Positions 39,241-48,888 of a DNA stretch of 64,000 bases are shown here, piece by piece. This stretch comes from Chitinophagaceae bacterium (GTDB lineage: Bacteria > Bacteroidota > Bacteroidia > Chitinophagales > Chitinophagaceae). Numbering within the stretch: position 1 is the stretch's first letter; every line of letters starts with the position of its first letter. Made by a program: the position numbers and the translations under genes. The stretch spans positions 3,047-67,046 of the forward strand of contig JAEUVS010000006.1 of NCBI GenBank assembly GCA_016786745.1. Reading direction: 5' to 3'. Under the pieces are notes generated by a model. The model had not been told where the DNA came from. It did not search any database and was given only the letters and a program-made list of their open reading frames with translations.

Positions 39241-39921
39241 ATGAGGAAAATTGCCATCTTTTTCATGGCGCTGACTATTGTGGTGCAGGCATGTGAAAAA
39301 GAGCTAAGCCGTACAGTCAAAGAAGAGGATCAACCAGAGGTAAGCATAGATGTCTCCGATCCTGGTGATATAAATAACCCCGGCGATACCATGGTGCTCG
39401 AGGGAATCTCCGAAATCGAAAAAAATGAACATTCCGTGTACACCTTCGGAGGGGTAAGAGGTACCTATTTTGGCTGCACCTCTTCTTTTAAGGGAAAAGA
39501 CGACCAAAGCTTCGCAATTACTCTTGGTACCAATCTCACCCCGCACGCTACCTTCAGCCAGAAAGAATTTGAATTACTCATCCACACCGGCGAACGGCAG
39601 TATGGCTCGCTTGGGTCGTTCAGCTCCTACCCGGTTATCGACTCCGGTTTGGTCGAGATATCGTTTACCGACAAAAACAACCGGCAATGGTGCACCACGC
39701 AGATCACCGAGAGGAACAGCGACCACGGTACGGAAACCCGGGTAAAAGTCGAACAGAAGCACAGCATGTTCATAGTCGAAAGCATTCACAAAGTGGAAGT
39801 AGGACCTGAGACCGAAGGCTACCGTATGAAGGGGTATTTCGACTGCACGCTCTATGAGGTGAACGGAAAAGCCAGAAAGCGAATAAAAGGCAATTTCACC
39901 GGCATCGTAGCTCCAAAGTAA
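39241..39921 (+). CDS. hypothetical lipoprotein
   Basis: 226 aa. Lipobox ALTIVVQAC. No family recognised. Confidence 0.6.
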   Translation: MRKIAIFFMALTIVVQACEKELSRTVKEEDQPEVSIDVSDPGDINNPGDTMVLEGISEIEKNEHSVYTFGGVRGTYFGCTSSFKGKDDQSFAITLGTNLTPHATFSQKEFELLIHTGERQYGSLGSFSSYPVIDSGLVEISFTDKNNRQWCTTQITERNSDHGTETRVKVEQKHSMFIVESIHKVEVGPETEGYRMKGYFDCTLYEVNGKARKRIKGNFTGIVAPK

Positions 39922-39947
39922 TGTTCCCTGTTCCGTAACTTTAGGGA

Positions 39948-40475
39948 ATGAGGTTTAGATTGAGTGTTATATTGATTGCTTTGTTTCTTATCCCCTTTCT
40001 TTCTTCGGCACAGTCGGGCCGCATAAGGGATCTCTACAGGTACGTTGAGCAGACAGACAGCCTTGCAGATAAATCCACTAAAACATTTTATCTCGAAAAA
40101 TTTCTCAAGGATAATTATAATTATCGCGAAACATGGCGATATCTCGCTGATGGCGACAGGATAGTTTATTTCCAGGTGGACTACATACTGGATTCCACTG
40201 AATTTACAGAAGTGTATTATGTGAACCGCAACAGGCTTGTGTGTTCAGAAGAATATGAAAAAGTGAATTACACGATAAGAGAAGATGAATTGAAATTTGG
40301 AGGCATATATTATTTTGAAAGCAGCTCCGCAAAACATGTTGTTACATTAGGAAGAAAGAATTATCAATACCGCAACAACGATCCGGTTCTTGAGGTGCTT
40401 ACCCGCTTCGGAAAACGATATTCTGAACTGAAACGACATTTACCAATGTTACCGGATGAAACACCGGTTGAATAA
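39948..40475 (+). CDS. hypothetical secreted protein
   Basis: 175 aa. Signal peptide ...FLSSAQS. Tyr/Glu-rich. No family recognised. Lies 26 nt after the preceding gene. Confidence 0.6.
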   Translation: MRFRLSVILIALFLIPFLSSAQSGRIRDLYRYVEQTDSLADKSTKTFYLEKFLKDNYNYRETWRYLADGDRIVYFQVDYILDSTEFTEVYYVNRNRLVCSEEYEKVNYTIREDELKFGGIYYFESSSAKHVVTLGRKNYQYRNNDPVLEVLTRFGKRYSELKRHLPMLPDETPVE

Positions 40476-40635
40476 TGTCGGGTAACGCCATCAAAGTCTA
40501 ACGTTGGCGCTGTTTTATATGGCAGTTGGTACGTGCTTTTCGCGTATATGGATGAATCCCTTGTCCGGAATCATCAATGGGCTTACCGCGGCGTCTATTG
40601 CAATAATTGCTGGTGGTATTTCATTTGTTCTACCA

Positions 40636-41085
40636 TTAGATGCTTATACTGCAATTGATCCATTCGTCATCAAATACCGGTTCATACTTATTATAGAATT
40701 GAATCGCCGGCTCGTTCCAGTTCAGTACCTGCCAGGTAATTCCATATAACTTTTTTTCTTTCGCTTCAATGATTAAACGATCCATCAGCATCTGACCTAT
40801 TCTCTTTCCACGGTACGACTCCGTAACGATAATATCTTCCAGGTACATTCGTTGACCTTTCCACGTTGAATAACGGATATAATATAAAGCGAAAGCAACC
40901 ACGATACCATTTGCTTCTGCTACAAACGCCCAGTAAACCGGGTTCGGTCCGAATCCGCTTTCTTCAAAATGTTCCAGTGTCACTGAAACCTCGCCTGGAG
41001 CGCGTTCGAAAGTGGCAAGTTCGTGGACCAACTCGAGCATACGTGGACAATCTTCCCGAACCGCCCGCCTGATGTTAATTTCCAT
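40636..41085 (-). CDS. GNAT family N-acetyltransferase
   Basis: 149 aa. Acetyl-CoA motif YRGKRIGQMLM and a C-terminal NEPAIQFYNKY. Confidence 0.9.
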   Translation of the reverse strand: MEINIRRAVREDCPRMLELVHELATFERAPGEVSVTLEHFEESGFGPNPVYWAFVAEANGIVVAFALYYIRYSTWKGQRMYLEDIIVTESYRGKRIGQMLMDRLIIEAKEKKLYGITWQVLNWNEPAIQFYNKYEPVFDDEWINCSISI

Positions 41086-41171
41086 TTTTCAAATAAACTG
41101 AAAATAAGCCAGATAGGTTTTTTTCAATTTTAATGGCATAGTTTTTCGTTGGCTATCCCCAAAACCGAGTC

Positions 41172-41363
41172 ATGGAAAACAAAAGGAACGAAAACAGGGT
41201 ATCCAACGAGGAAAATCTAAATAAACAACGGCGGGCAGTAGACAAAGCGCCGGGCGAAGAAAGAGAAAAAGGCGAACAGCTTACAAACGAGGATTTGAAA
41301 GGAAAAAAGGTTGATGCAAATCCCGAACTAAGAGAAGAACAGCCAATCAGGCAATTGCCTTAA
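41172..41363 (+). CDS. small hydrophilic protein (hypothetical)
   Basis: 63 aa, highly charged (NEENLNKQRR...LKGKKVDANPE). ATG start. Its stop codon overlaps the hutG stop. Confidence 0.4.
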   Translation: MENKRNENRVSNEENLNKQRRAVDKAPGEEREKGEQLTNEDLKGKKVDANPELREEQPIRQLP

Positions 41364-42403
41364 GCGCCCTTGATAAAATCCGTCACGAAATATCCTATTA
41401 GCTTCCCGGTCGTTTCACTTCTCCGGCCATCTTCAAGCTGTGAGGCGCCCTCACAAATATGGAGGTAAGCCACTTTGCATTTGTCTGAAGTATAGCTAAG
41501 ATACTGCCGTGCATGCAGCACAGAAATTCCGGAAGGAGTAATCGCGCTCGACAATACATTTTCCACACAGTCGAGGTCGAGTTCAATTCCCGTGTAATTG
41601 TCGCTCACAAAATCAACGGCATGTGCAAGCGCCTGCGCGAAATTTCTCTTCTCTCTTATAAATATGTCTTCATAGGAAATGAAATCAATAAACGGATTAT
41701 TCATGATATCGAGATAAACATTCTGCGGCGTGTGATTTTCATGCAGCCCTAACACAAAATATTTCAACAGGTATCCATCTTCTTCAGCGTACCTGAATCC
41801 GTTTCCACTATGCCGGCCTTCAACGGGCCTGAAGTCGGTATGCGCATCGAGGTTGATGCAATTGATTTGCGCGAGCGGTATTCTTCCGAGTTTATGCAAT
41901 CCTTTCGATGTTCCCTTTATCAAGGGGTAAGCGTTGTTGTGTCCACCGCCAATAGCGATAGGAATTTTTCCTGCATTTGTAATAATCCGCGCCAATTGCT
42001 CCACTGCGTCATCAATCGTAACAACGGCATGCCTGTAAGCGTCGGACTTTTCCTCTACATCAGCTGCATTCTGCTCGATCAGCATTTTCATCTCTTTAAA
42101 ATCAAAATGACCGAGCATCAGCACTTCATCGCCAGAGAAAAAATCATTGCTTTGAATATTTAAAAATGCAGAAAGGAAAGGCTCCCAGGCGGTGTCGGCT
42201 CCGCCCAATCCCATGTTCGCCCGGATGCCTATGTCTTCCGGAATGCCGAACAACACATAAGGCGACGTGGAATTTTCGATAGATTGGGCGATGTTGTTTT
42301 TATCTTCTGCCACATGAACGCACTCCCCTACCCTTGTTACAAAACGACGCATCTTTGTATAGGCCATTACATCGCTCCTGGAATAAACATTAAAATATTT
42401 CAT
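41360..42403 (-). CDS. hutG: formimidoylglutamase (arginase family)
   Basis: Arginase-fold Mn motifs (GGGHNNAYP, NLDAHTDF, ELDLD). It lies in a cluster with hutI and hutU. Confidence 0.78.
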   Translation of the reverse strand: MKYFNVYSRSDVMAYTKMRRFVTRVGECVHVAEDKNNIAQSIENSTSPYVLFGIPEDIGIRANMGLGGADTAWEPFLSAFLNIQSNDFFSGDEVLMLGHFDFKEMKMLIEQNAADVEEKSDAYRHAVVTIDDAVEQLARIITNAGKIPIAIGGGHNNAYPLIKGTSKGLHKLGRIPLAQINCINLDAHTDFRPVEGRHSGNGFRYAEEDGYLLKYFVLGLHENHTPQNVYLDIMNNPFIDFISYEDIFIREKRNFAQALAHAVDFVSDNYTGIELDLDCVENVLSSAITPSGISVLHARQYLSYTSDKCKVAYLHICEGASQLEDGRRSETTGKLIGYFVTDFIKGA

Positions 42404-42485
42404 CTCTAAATGTAAAAAAACAAAACTGTTTTAAATTGCTGAACGGGTCGCTATAATTCGAGCCGTCTGAGGAGCTGAACTTTTT

Positions 42486-42837
42486 ATGCGGGTATTAGAC
42501 CTTACCATTGCCATTCCAACAAGGAATGAAGATAAAAATCTCGAAACGTGCCAAGGCGGCTATCCTTTAAAGAAGCTGGCATTGTTCCGGGTAAGCTCAG
42601 GTGAGTATGAACAAATTGATGAGAATTACTGGAGCCCGCTTGACATGGAGGTGCATGAGCATCCATGCCTGCATGAACCTATCGGTGAACACGTGGCTTG
42701 GTGTTAGCTATTCTGAAAATGTCTTATTTCACGCACGTGTATGCAAAGATCAAAGAGAAGTCGATTTCGCAGAAGAAATGAAATTTAAATGTTTCGGTTT
42801 GAAATTTCTTAACGTTCCTCATTCATACATAGTGTAA
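42486..42837 (+). pseudogene. family-2 glycosyltransferase relic (internally deleted and frameshifted)
   Basis: Frame 1: MRVLDLTIAIPTRNEDKNLETC (GT2 N-terminal motif) runs directly into GGYPLKKLALFRVSSGEY...MEVHEHP (GT2 C-terminal YP..LRLFR...VHE region). The DxD catalytic core is absent. Stop at 42707. A second frame continues with ...NVLFHARV.... Confidence 0.4.
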
Positions 42838-44067
42838 CTCTCCTTTGATCATTACCTGTTCAATGTGATTGGAAGAAAATGAGTAAGGCAGATACGCGAG
42901 AGAAGGGATATTCTTTGTTATGATAAGGTCTGCTTTTTTGCCGCGCGCAATACTACCTGTCTGGTTTTGCAATTCGAGCGCGCAGGCTCCATTAAATGTA
43001 GCGGCGTTTATCGCCTCTTCAGGAAGCATTTTCATACCTATACATGCCAGCGAAACGACAAAGTTCATATTATATCCAGGAGAAGAGCCTGGATTGCAAT
43101 CGGTCGCTAATGCTACAGCACAGCCCCTGTCAATCAACGTACGGGCGGGCGGATATGGCATCCTTAAAAACATAGCCGCCGTGGGTAGCAAAGTGCCAAT
43201 TGTTTTTGATCCGCAAAGAGCATTAATCGCATCATCATTCATCACTTCAAGATGATCAACAGACAGCGCATTCAATTTAACAGCTGACTGAACGGCGCCA
43301 GACGCGCTTAATTGATTTGCATGAATTTTTGCTTTCAACCCCCGCGCCATCCCAGCCTTGCAGATACGTTCCGTTTCATCAACACTAAAAAACCCTTTTT
43401 CACAAAACACGTCAATATAATCAGCAAGTTTTTCTTTGGCAACAGCAGGAATCATCTGCTCGATGATAAGAGAAATATACCCTTCCCGGTTTGCGGAATA
43501 CAACGACGGTACCGCGTGGGCGCCCAAAAAAGTTGACCTGATCGTAACCCGTGTGCGTTCTTTTAGTTTTTTGATCACGCGAAGCATCTTCAACTCACCT
43601 TCCAACGTTAACCCATACCCGCTTTTTATTTCAATATTCGCTGTGCCCATGCGCATCACATCTTTCAGGCGGTTATACGTTTCTATAAACAGCTGCTCTT
43701 CCGTGGTTTCATTCAACTTACTCGCAGAATTCAGGATGCCTCCTCCTTTGGCTGCTATCTCCGCGTAGGTGAGTCCGCGGATCTTGTCAACAAATTCCCC
43801 TTCCCTGCTTCCCGCATACACGAGATGTGTATGACTATCGCACCACGCTGGCAAAACCATCTTGCCGTGTGCATTAACCTGGCCGGAAGGAATTTTGCTT
43901 TTATCCAAATCCTCCATTCTTCCGAACCCCGCGATATCTTCCCCTTCTATGACGAGGTAAGCATTTTTAATACTATTTATACGTGCAAGCTCCGCGCCTC
44001 TCAACGGCGATGTTGCATCTGAAATACCAGCCAGCTCTTTAATATTTAAAATGATTGTCGACGGCAT
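42823..44067 (-). CDS. hutI: imidazolonepropionase
   Basis: 414 aa. CDSHTHLVYAGSR metal motif and the amidohydrolase fold pattern. Confidence 0.95.
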   Translation of the reverse strand: MPSTIILNIKELAGISDATSPLRGAELARINSIKNAYLVIEGEDIAGFGRMEDLDKSKIPSGQVNAHGKMVLPAWCDSHTHLVYAGSREGEFVDKIRGLTYAEIAAKGGGILNSASKLNETTEEQLFIETYNRLKDVMRMGTANIEIKSGYGLTLEGELKMLRVIKKLKERTRVTIRSTFLGAHAVPSLYSANREGYISLIIEQMIPAVAKEKLADYIDVFCEKGFFSVDETERICKAGMARGLKAKIHANQLSASGAVQSAVKLNALSVDHLEVMNDDAINALCGSKTIGTLLPTAAMFLRMPYPPARTLIDRGCAVALATDCNPGSSPGYNMNFVVSLACIGMKMLPEEAINAATFNGACALELQNQTGSIARGKKADLIITKNIPSLAYLPYSFSSNHIEQVMIKGELHYV

Positions 44068-45695
44068 TACTTAAGTCTGTCCCTGATATTTAGATTGTAT
44101 TTACGGGCAGTATCTTTTGCAATATCATAGCCCGCATCAGCATGTCGGATTACCCCGATACCCGGGTCGTTTCTCAGCACTTTTCTTAAACGCTCCGCAG
44201 CCTCATCAGATCCATCGGCCACAATTACCATACCTGCATGAATACTGTAACCCATACCGACACCACCTCCATGATGAAGGCTCACCCAACTTGCACCGGC
44301 AGCGGTATTGACTAAAGCATTTAATATGGGCCAGTCGGCCACCGCGTCGCTTCCGTCGAGCATTGCTTCTGTTTCGCGGTTTGGAGAAGCCACAGAACCG
44401 GTATCGAGATGATCCCTGCCGATTACAATCGGCGCTTTGATCTTCCCTTCTTTAACCAGCTGATTAAATGCAAGGCCCGCTTTTTCTCTTTGTCCCTGTC
44501 CCAGCCAGCATATACGAGCCGGCAAACCCTGGAACGCGATCTTTTCTTTCGCAAGTTTCAACCACTGGAGGAGCGATTGCTCCTCGGGAAATAATTTCGC
44601 AATAGTTTCATCGGTTACAGCTATATCGTCCGGATCGCCACTTAATGCTGCCCAGCGAAATGGTCCCTTTCCCTCACAGAATAACGGTCTTATATATGCG
44701 GGAACAAAACCCGGGAAGCCGAACGCGTTTTTTAATCCCCGTTCTGCTGCCCGTGCGCGGATGTTGTTGCCGTAGTCGAATGTGATCGCGCCCTTCTTCA
44801 TAAGGTCGAGCATGAGTTGTACGTGGCGGTACATGGAATTGCCTGCAAGTTCGAGGTATTTCGACGGATTTGTTTGCCGCAATGCCTTTGCTTCTTCATA
44901 AGAAATTTCATGCGGCCAATATCCTGTCAGGGGATCATGAGCAGATGTTTGATCGGTTAGCGTATCAGGAACGATATTTCTTTGATTTAGTCTTTCCAGT
45001 AAATGCACTGCGTTACACTCCACACCGATAGACAACGGCTTGTTATTTTGCTTCGCTTCAAGAGCTTTATCAATTGCTTCGTCAATATCTTTTATGAACA
45101 GGTCAAGATATTTCGTTTCCAATCTTTTTTCAATTCTCCACTTTTCTACTTCTGCCGCGAGGCAAACGCCTTCGTTCATTGTGATGGCCAGTGGTTGTGC
45201 GCCGCCCATCCCTCCGAGTCCGGCGGTAACGTTCAGTTTGCCTTTTAAATTCGATTGGAAATGTTTACGCGCAAGTGCGGCGTATGTTTCGTAGGTGCCC
45301 TGGACTATGCCCTGCGAGCCGATGTATATCCAGGAGCCGGCGGTCATCTGTCCATACATCATCAATCCTTTCTTTTCGAGTTCATCGAAATGTTCCCATG
45401 TTGCCCATTTAGGAACGAGTTGCGAATTAGAGATGAGGACCCGCGGCGCGTCTTTGTGTGTTTGGAGCATTGCGACAGGCTTGCCGCTTTGAATAAGTAA
45501 CGTTTCGTCGTTTTCGAGTTCTTTTAGTGCTTTGACGATGAGTTGAAGTGATTCTTTGTTGCGTGCGGCTTTTCCGCGCCCGCCATATACAATGAGTTCT
45601 TCCGGCCTTTCAGCCACTTCGGGATTCAGATTATTCATCAGCATCCTTAGGGCGGCCTCCTGTATCCAGCCTTTGCATTGGAGTGGTTTGTTCAT
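44067..45695 (-). CDS. hutU: urocanate hydratase
   Basis: Starts [38 protein letters not shown] motif. The stop overlaps the hutI ATG by 1 nt (TAATG). The 48 upstream codons in the track are rejected. Confidence 0.95.
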   Translation of the reverse strand: MNKPLQCKGWIQEAALRMLMNNLNPEVAERPEELIVYGGRGKAARNKESLQLIVKALKELENDETLLIQSGKPVAMLQTHKDAPRVLISNSQLVPKWATWEHFDELEKKGLMMYGQMTAGSWIYIGSQGIVQGTYETYAALARKHFQSNLKGKLNVTAGLGGMGGAQPLAITMNEGVCLAAEVEKWRIEKRLETKYLDLFIKDIDEAIDKALEAKQNNKPLSIGVECNAVHLLERLNQRNIVPDTLTDQTSAHDPLTGYWPHEISYEEAKALRQTNPSKYLELAGNSMYRHVQLMLDLMKKGAITFDYGNNIRARAAERGLKNAFGFPGFVPAYIRPLFCEGKGPFRWAALSGDPDDIAVTDETIAKLFPEEQSLLQWLKLAKEKIAFQGLPARICWLGQGQREKAGLAFNQLVKEGKIKAPIVIGRDHLDTGSVASPNRETEAMLDGSDAVADWPILNALVNTAAGASWVSLHHGGGVGMGYSIHAGMVIVADGSDEAAERLRKVLRNDPGIGVIRHADAGYDIAKDTARKYNLNIRDRLK

Positions 45696-45709
45696 TGGTA
45701 GCTTTTCAG

Positions 45710-45737
45710 AATGTTTACAGGAGGGAAAGTAAACATT
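45710..45737. promoter_or_regulatory. perfect 9-bp inverted repeat AATGTTTAC-N10-GTAAACATT just upstream of the hutU start
   Basis: Seen directly, 15 nt upstream of the hutU ATG (45695). It could be an operator or a 5'-UTR hairpin. Confidence 0.35.
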
Positions 45738-45891
45738 TTCCCGATTCCCAATCTTAAAAAAACATTCCCATTTTAGAACTAAACGAAGGTTTAAAATACG
45801 ATGAAACCCGCGTCCAGAGCGGGTTTTGGCATTTGGCACGCGAATGGATAATCATTGTCAGGTTTTTCATAGGATATTGGATTTAAAATAC

Positions 45892-45920
45892 GGCCTGGAT
45901 TTCTATCCGGGCCTTTTTTT
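45892..45920 (+). terminator. canonical intrinsic terminator with no annotated upstream gene
   Basis: GGCCTGGAT-TTCT-ATCCGGGCC (9-bp stem, one G-U pair) followed by T7 on the plus strand. Confidence 0.65.
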
Positions 45921-45950
45921 CCAAAAGCCACTACCAAAAATAAAAACGCA

Positions 45951-46112
45951 ATGAAACTTAATTCGTACCCTCAATATGTTTCGCGGCCTACCAGGTTCAA
46001 ATTTGTAATCTGGCTAATGCTAATCGCAGCCTTTTTCTTTGCTTCATGCGCATCAGTTACTCCATACCAGGCAGCGAATAAGCATTACAGCAAGTGCCGG
46101 CCCGTGCGCTGA
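45951..46112 (+). CDS. candidate 53-aa lipoprotein (below the ORF-track cut-off)
   Basis: MKLNSYPQYVSRPTRFKFVIWLMLIAAFFFASCASVTPYQAANKHYSKCRPVR. It has a hydrophobic h-region plus lipobox FFFASC. Confidence 0.35.
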   Translation: MKLNSYPQYVSRPTRFKFVIWLMLIAAFFFASCASVTPYQAANKHYSKCRPVR

Positions 46113-46119
46113 GTGTGCC

Positions 46120-46165
46120 GATCCCTCGCGGAGTTTATCCTGACGAAGGAAGGGCTCGGGATGAC
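46120..46165. repeat. REP-like element, left half-copy (variant)
   Basis: GATCCCTCGCGGAG...GGGCTCGGGATGAC. It lies between the candidate lipoprotein stop and the receptor stop. Confidence 0.5.
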
Positions 46166-46194
46166 TGGCAGATGTTGTTCTGTTTAGATAATCA

Positions 46195-48753
46195 TTACAA
46201 TCCCTGCGTCGCCTGCATGCTCTCCGACTCTCCCTTCATATTTTTTCTCTTGAACAACGACATATCCATCTGCCCGAATCTAAACGAAAAATTCAAACGC
46301 ACCATCGGCGCATCATTTAACCGGTAACTGTTCTGTATAAAATACGGACTCTCCGAATACTGATCAAAACGACGCGAACGGAAGATATCACTGAAGTTGA
46401 GCGTAACAGATGCCGCATTATTTTTCAGGAAACTTTTTTGTACCGCCACATCTACTCCATAGTTAGATCTGATGTAACCCTGCGCAGCACTCTGCGGACC
46501 ACCACCAAATCCACCTCCGCCAAAAAATCCGCCTCCCTGGTTGATCGGAAGATTTGTTTTAGACTGATAGGTTCCCGATAATTGGATCTTAAAATTTGAA
46601 GGTAGTTTGAATGTGTTATTCACTTTTGCGAACCAGCTCCATATCGCGTCCTGCGAAGCCCCCTCAATATTATCAGCATTTATCTTCGAATTATAAATAT
46701 TAACGTTACCATTCGCATCCCACCACTTTGTAAATGTATTCTGCGATGTCAGCTCGAGCCCAACCGAACGGCTTGAATTCGCATTGATATACGTAGCGAT
46801 CGGCCGCTTCACATCGGCTGTACCGATGGTGTCGATGAACCTTGTAATAAGATCCGTGGAATACTTATAGTATACCGACGCAAGAAAAGTATTGTTGCCG
46901 CTATACGTTTTAGAATACGAGGCTTCAATCGAATTGATAAATTCAGGTTTCAAACCGGCATTACCGCGCGACCAGTTCAACTGGTCCGTTGAATCAATGA
47001 AAGGAATTAACTGCAGAAAAAACGGACGATTAATCCGTCGCGTATAACTTAACTGCAGTTCCTGTTTATGTTCGAGCTTCTGACTAAAAAATACAGAAGG
47101 GAACAGGCTTACCGGGTAATTGTTGTTGAATGTTTGTTTGGTGTCTGTCAACTCACCTTCATAGTCGGATCTTTCCGCACGCAATCCTATTTTATAGCCA
47201 AAATTTTTGATGTTATCAGATAACGAAAGATACGCGGCATAAACGTTGTCGGTGTTTCTATAATTGCTGGACGCGGAAGGTACGAGACTGAACTCTTCCG
47301 TCGTAAAATCATAGAAGTAATTGCCCTGTGCATTTGTTTGTTTGCGAAGCTGGGCTCTCACTCCCGCTTCCAGTTTTCCGGCGCTGCGGAATGGCCTTAC
47401 ATAATCTGACTGAACCGTAAGAAAGCTCATCGTTCCATCGCCAAGTATTTGTTGTCTCGAAATACCTGTCTGGTTTCCACCTTTTGCAGAATACACGTCG
47501 GTGTTATACAAAGCCGAGTTTGAGCCATCTGCGGTGAAATAGTTGAAATCGCCGGTAAGCTCCTCGCCTTTTGTAGGAAACAGGTACTTAAAACCGCCCT
47601 GCAAACCATATGCGGTAAACTCGCGTTTATTCGTTGCATTGCGTTCGCTATAACTCACGTATCCGCCATCATCGTACACACTGTCTGTTGTAAGGAAATC
47701 ATGCGGACTGAATTTTCCATTCACCCGCATACCGCTCAACGACAATGTCGTTCTGTTCGTTGCGAAGTAGTCAACTCCAACACGACCGAATATGAATGCA
47801 TTGTTCATCTTCGTAGTATTGTCCTGGTTAACGAGCAGGTTCGGCGACGACAACAGGTTGCGGATATCCGTGCTGCCGGTGTTGCGATTTTTCATCTTGT
47901 TTCCGAAGGCGCTGGCCGAAAAATTTATTTTATCCTGCCTGAAACTAAAATTAGCGCCGCCATTCATACCGCCACGCTTGTCAACGCCAGCGTTTATCAT
48001 ACCGTTATAGCCGCTCTTTTTGTTTTTCTTCAGAACGATATTCAGGATACCTGCGTTACCACCCGAGGCATCGTACCTGGCAGACGGGTTGGTGATCACT
48101 TCCACACTTTCAATAGCGTCGGCCGGTATCTGGTCGAGGGATAAAGTGGTGGGTCTTCCATCGATGTATACCTGTGGCGAAGCGTTCCTGAGCGTTACGT
48201 TACCGTCAATATCCACATTCACGGAAGGAACATTCTTCATTACATCAACGGCTGTACCTCCTGCGCTGACGATATTCTGGTCTACGCTGAAAACTTTTTT
48301 ATCTATATCCATTCTCAGCTTCGGGTTCGACGAAGTAACCACTACAGCGCTGAGCTGCTGAACATCCGTTTCCATATTCAGCCTGCCGAGGTCCAGGTCG
48401 AATACAGGGGGAGTGAATTTTACGTTCCTGTCCTGGGGTTTATAACCCGTAGCGGTGATGCTTACCTTGAAATTCCCGGCAATGGGGAGATCTTCCATGT
48501 TAAAATCACCATTTGCCTGTGTGTTTACTCCTCTTAATAAAACGTCCTTTGGCTTTTTGGTAACAGTGTCCATCCTGGTTTGCAACAGTAAAACAGATGC
48601 TTCCTGGATGCCTTTCCCGGTACTGTCAACGATTTTTCCGTAAATCCTGCCGATCGAAGGCGGCATTGCCCGGTTGGGCGCTCCTGGTTGAGCTTGAGCC
48701 GGGGTGATAAAACCAACAATTACCATAGCCAGGAACAGGACAAATCTTTTCAT
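46195..48753 (-). CDS. TonB-dependent-receptor-like outer-membrane beta-barrel protein with an N-terminal carboxypeptidase-regulatory-like domain
   Basis: 852 aa. Signal peptide, GRIYGKIVDSTGKGIQEASVLL (CarboxypepD_reg-like), a plug-like region and a long beta-barrel. Confidence 0.88.
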   Translation of the reverse strand: MKRFVLFLAMVIVGFITPAQAQPGAPNRAMPPSIGRIYGKIVDSTGKGIQEASVLLLQTRMDTVTKKPKDVLLRGVNTQANGDFNMEDLPIAGNFKVSITATGYKPQDRNVKFTPPVFDLDLGRLNMETDVQQLSAVVVTSSNPKLRMDIDKKVFSVDQNIVSAGGTAVDVMKNVPSVNVDIDGNVTLRNASPQVYIDGRPTTLSLDQIPADAIESVEVITNPSARYDASGGNAGILNIVLKKNKKSGYNGMINAGVDKRGGMNGGANFSFRQDKINFSASAFGNKMKNRNTGSTDIRNLLSSPNLLVNQDNTTKMNNAFIFGRVGVDYFATNRTTLSLSGMRVNGKFSPHDFLTTDSVYDDGGYVSYSERNATNKREFTAYGLQGGFKYLFPTKGEELTGDFNYFTADGSNSALYNTDVYSAKGGNQTGISRQQILGDGTMSFLTVQSDYVRPFRSAGKLEAGVRAQLRKQTNAQGNYFYDFTTEEFSLVPSASSNYRNTDNVYAAYLSLSDNIKNFGYKIGLRAERSDYEGELTDTKQTFNNNYPVSLFPSVFFSQKLEHKQELQLSYTRRINRPFFLQLIPFIDSTDQLNWSRGNAGLKPEFINSIEASYSKTYSGNNTFLASVYYKYSTDLITRFIDTIGTADVKRPIATYINANSSRSVGLELTSQNTFTKWWDANGNVNIYNSKINADNIEGASQDAIWSWFAKVNNTFKLPSNFKIQLSGTYQSKTNLPINQGGGFFGGGGFGGGPQSAAQGYIRSNYGVDVAVQKSFLKNNAASVTLNFSDIFRSRRFDQYSESPYFIQNSYRLNDAPMVRLNFSFRFGQMDMSLFKRKNMKGESESMQATQGL

Positions 48754-48778
48754 CTTCTTTATTTATAGGGCACAAAAG

Positions 48779-48807
48779 TAGCCGCGATCGGGAATAAACC
48801 GCGGCTA
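48779..48807 (-). promoter_or_regulatory. terminator-like hairpin in the receptor leader
   Basis: TAGCCGCG-N13-CGCGGCTA. On the minus strand it is followed by CUUUUG, 25 nt upstream of the receptor ATG. Confidence 0.3.
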
Positions 48808-48808
48808 A

Positions 48809-48888
48809 ATGCGACGACTGGTTAAAATGAAGCGACGAAATCCCCCCGGCAGGTGTCCACGTAGATGAAATCCGCCTGTTCGTCGCAT
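48809..48888. promoter_or_regulatory. three GCGACGA boxes (two direct, 21 bp apart, plus one inverted): candidate LytTR operator or alternative-pairing leader
   Basis: GCGACGA at 48811-48817 and 48832-48838. TCGTCGC at 48880-48886. GAAATCC direct repeats at 48837 and 48867. Confidence 0.35.

Noticed and set aside
40504-40749. 81-aa hydrophobic plus-strand ORF.
   Set aside because: Its last 114 nt run antisense through the 3' end of the well-supported GNAT gene. It is likely a chance ORF in the intergenic region.
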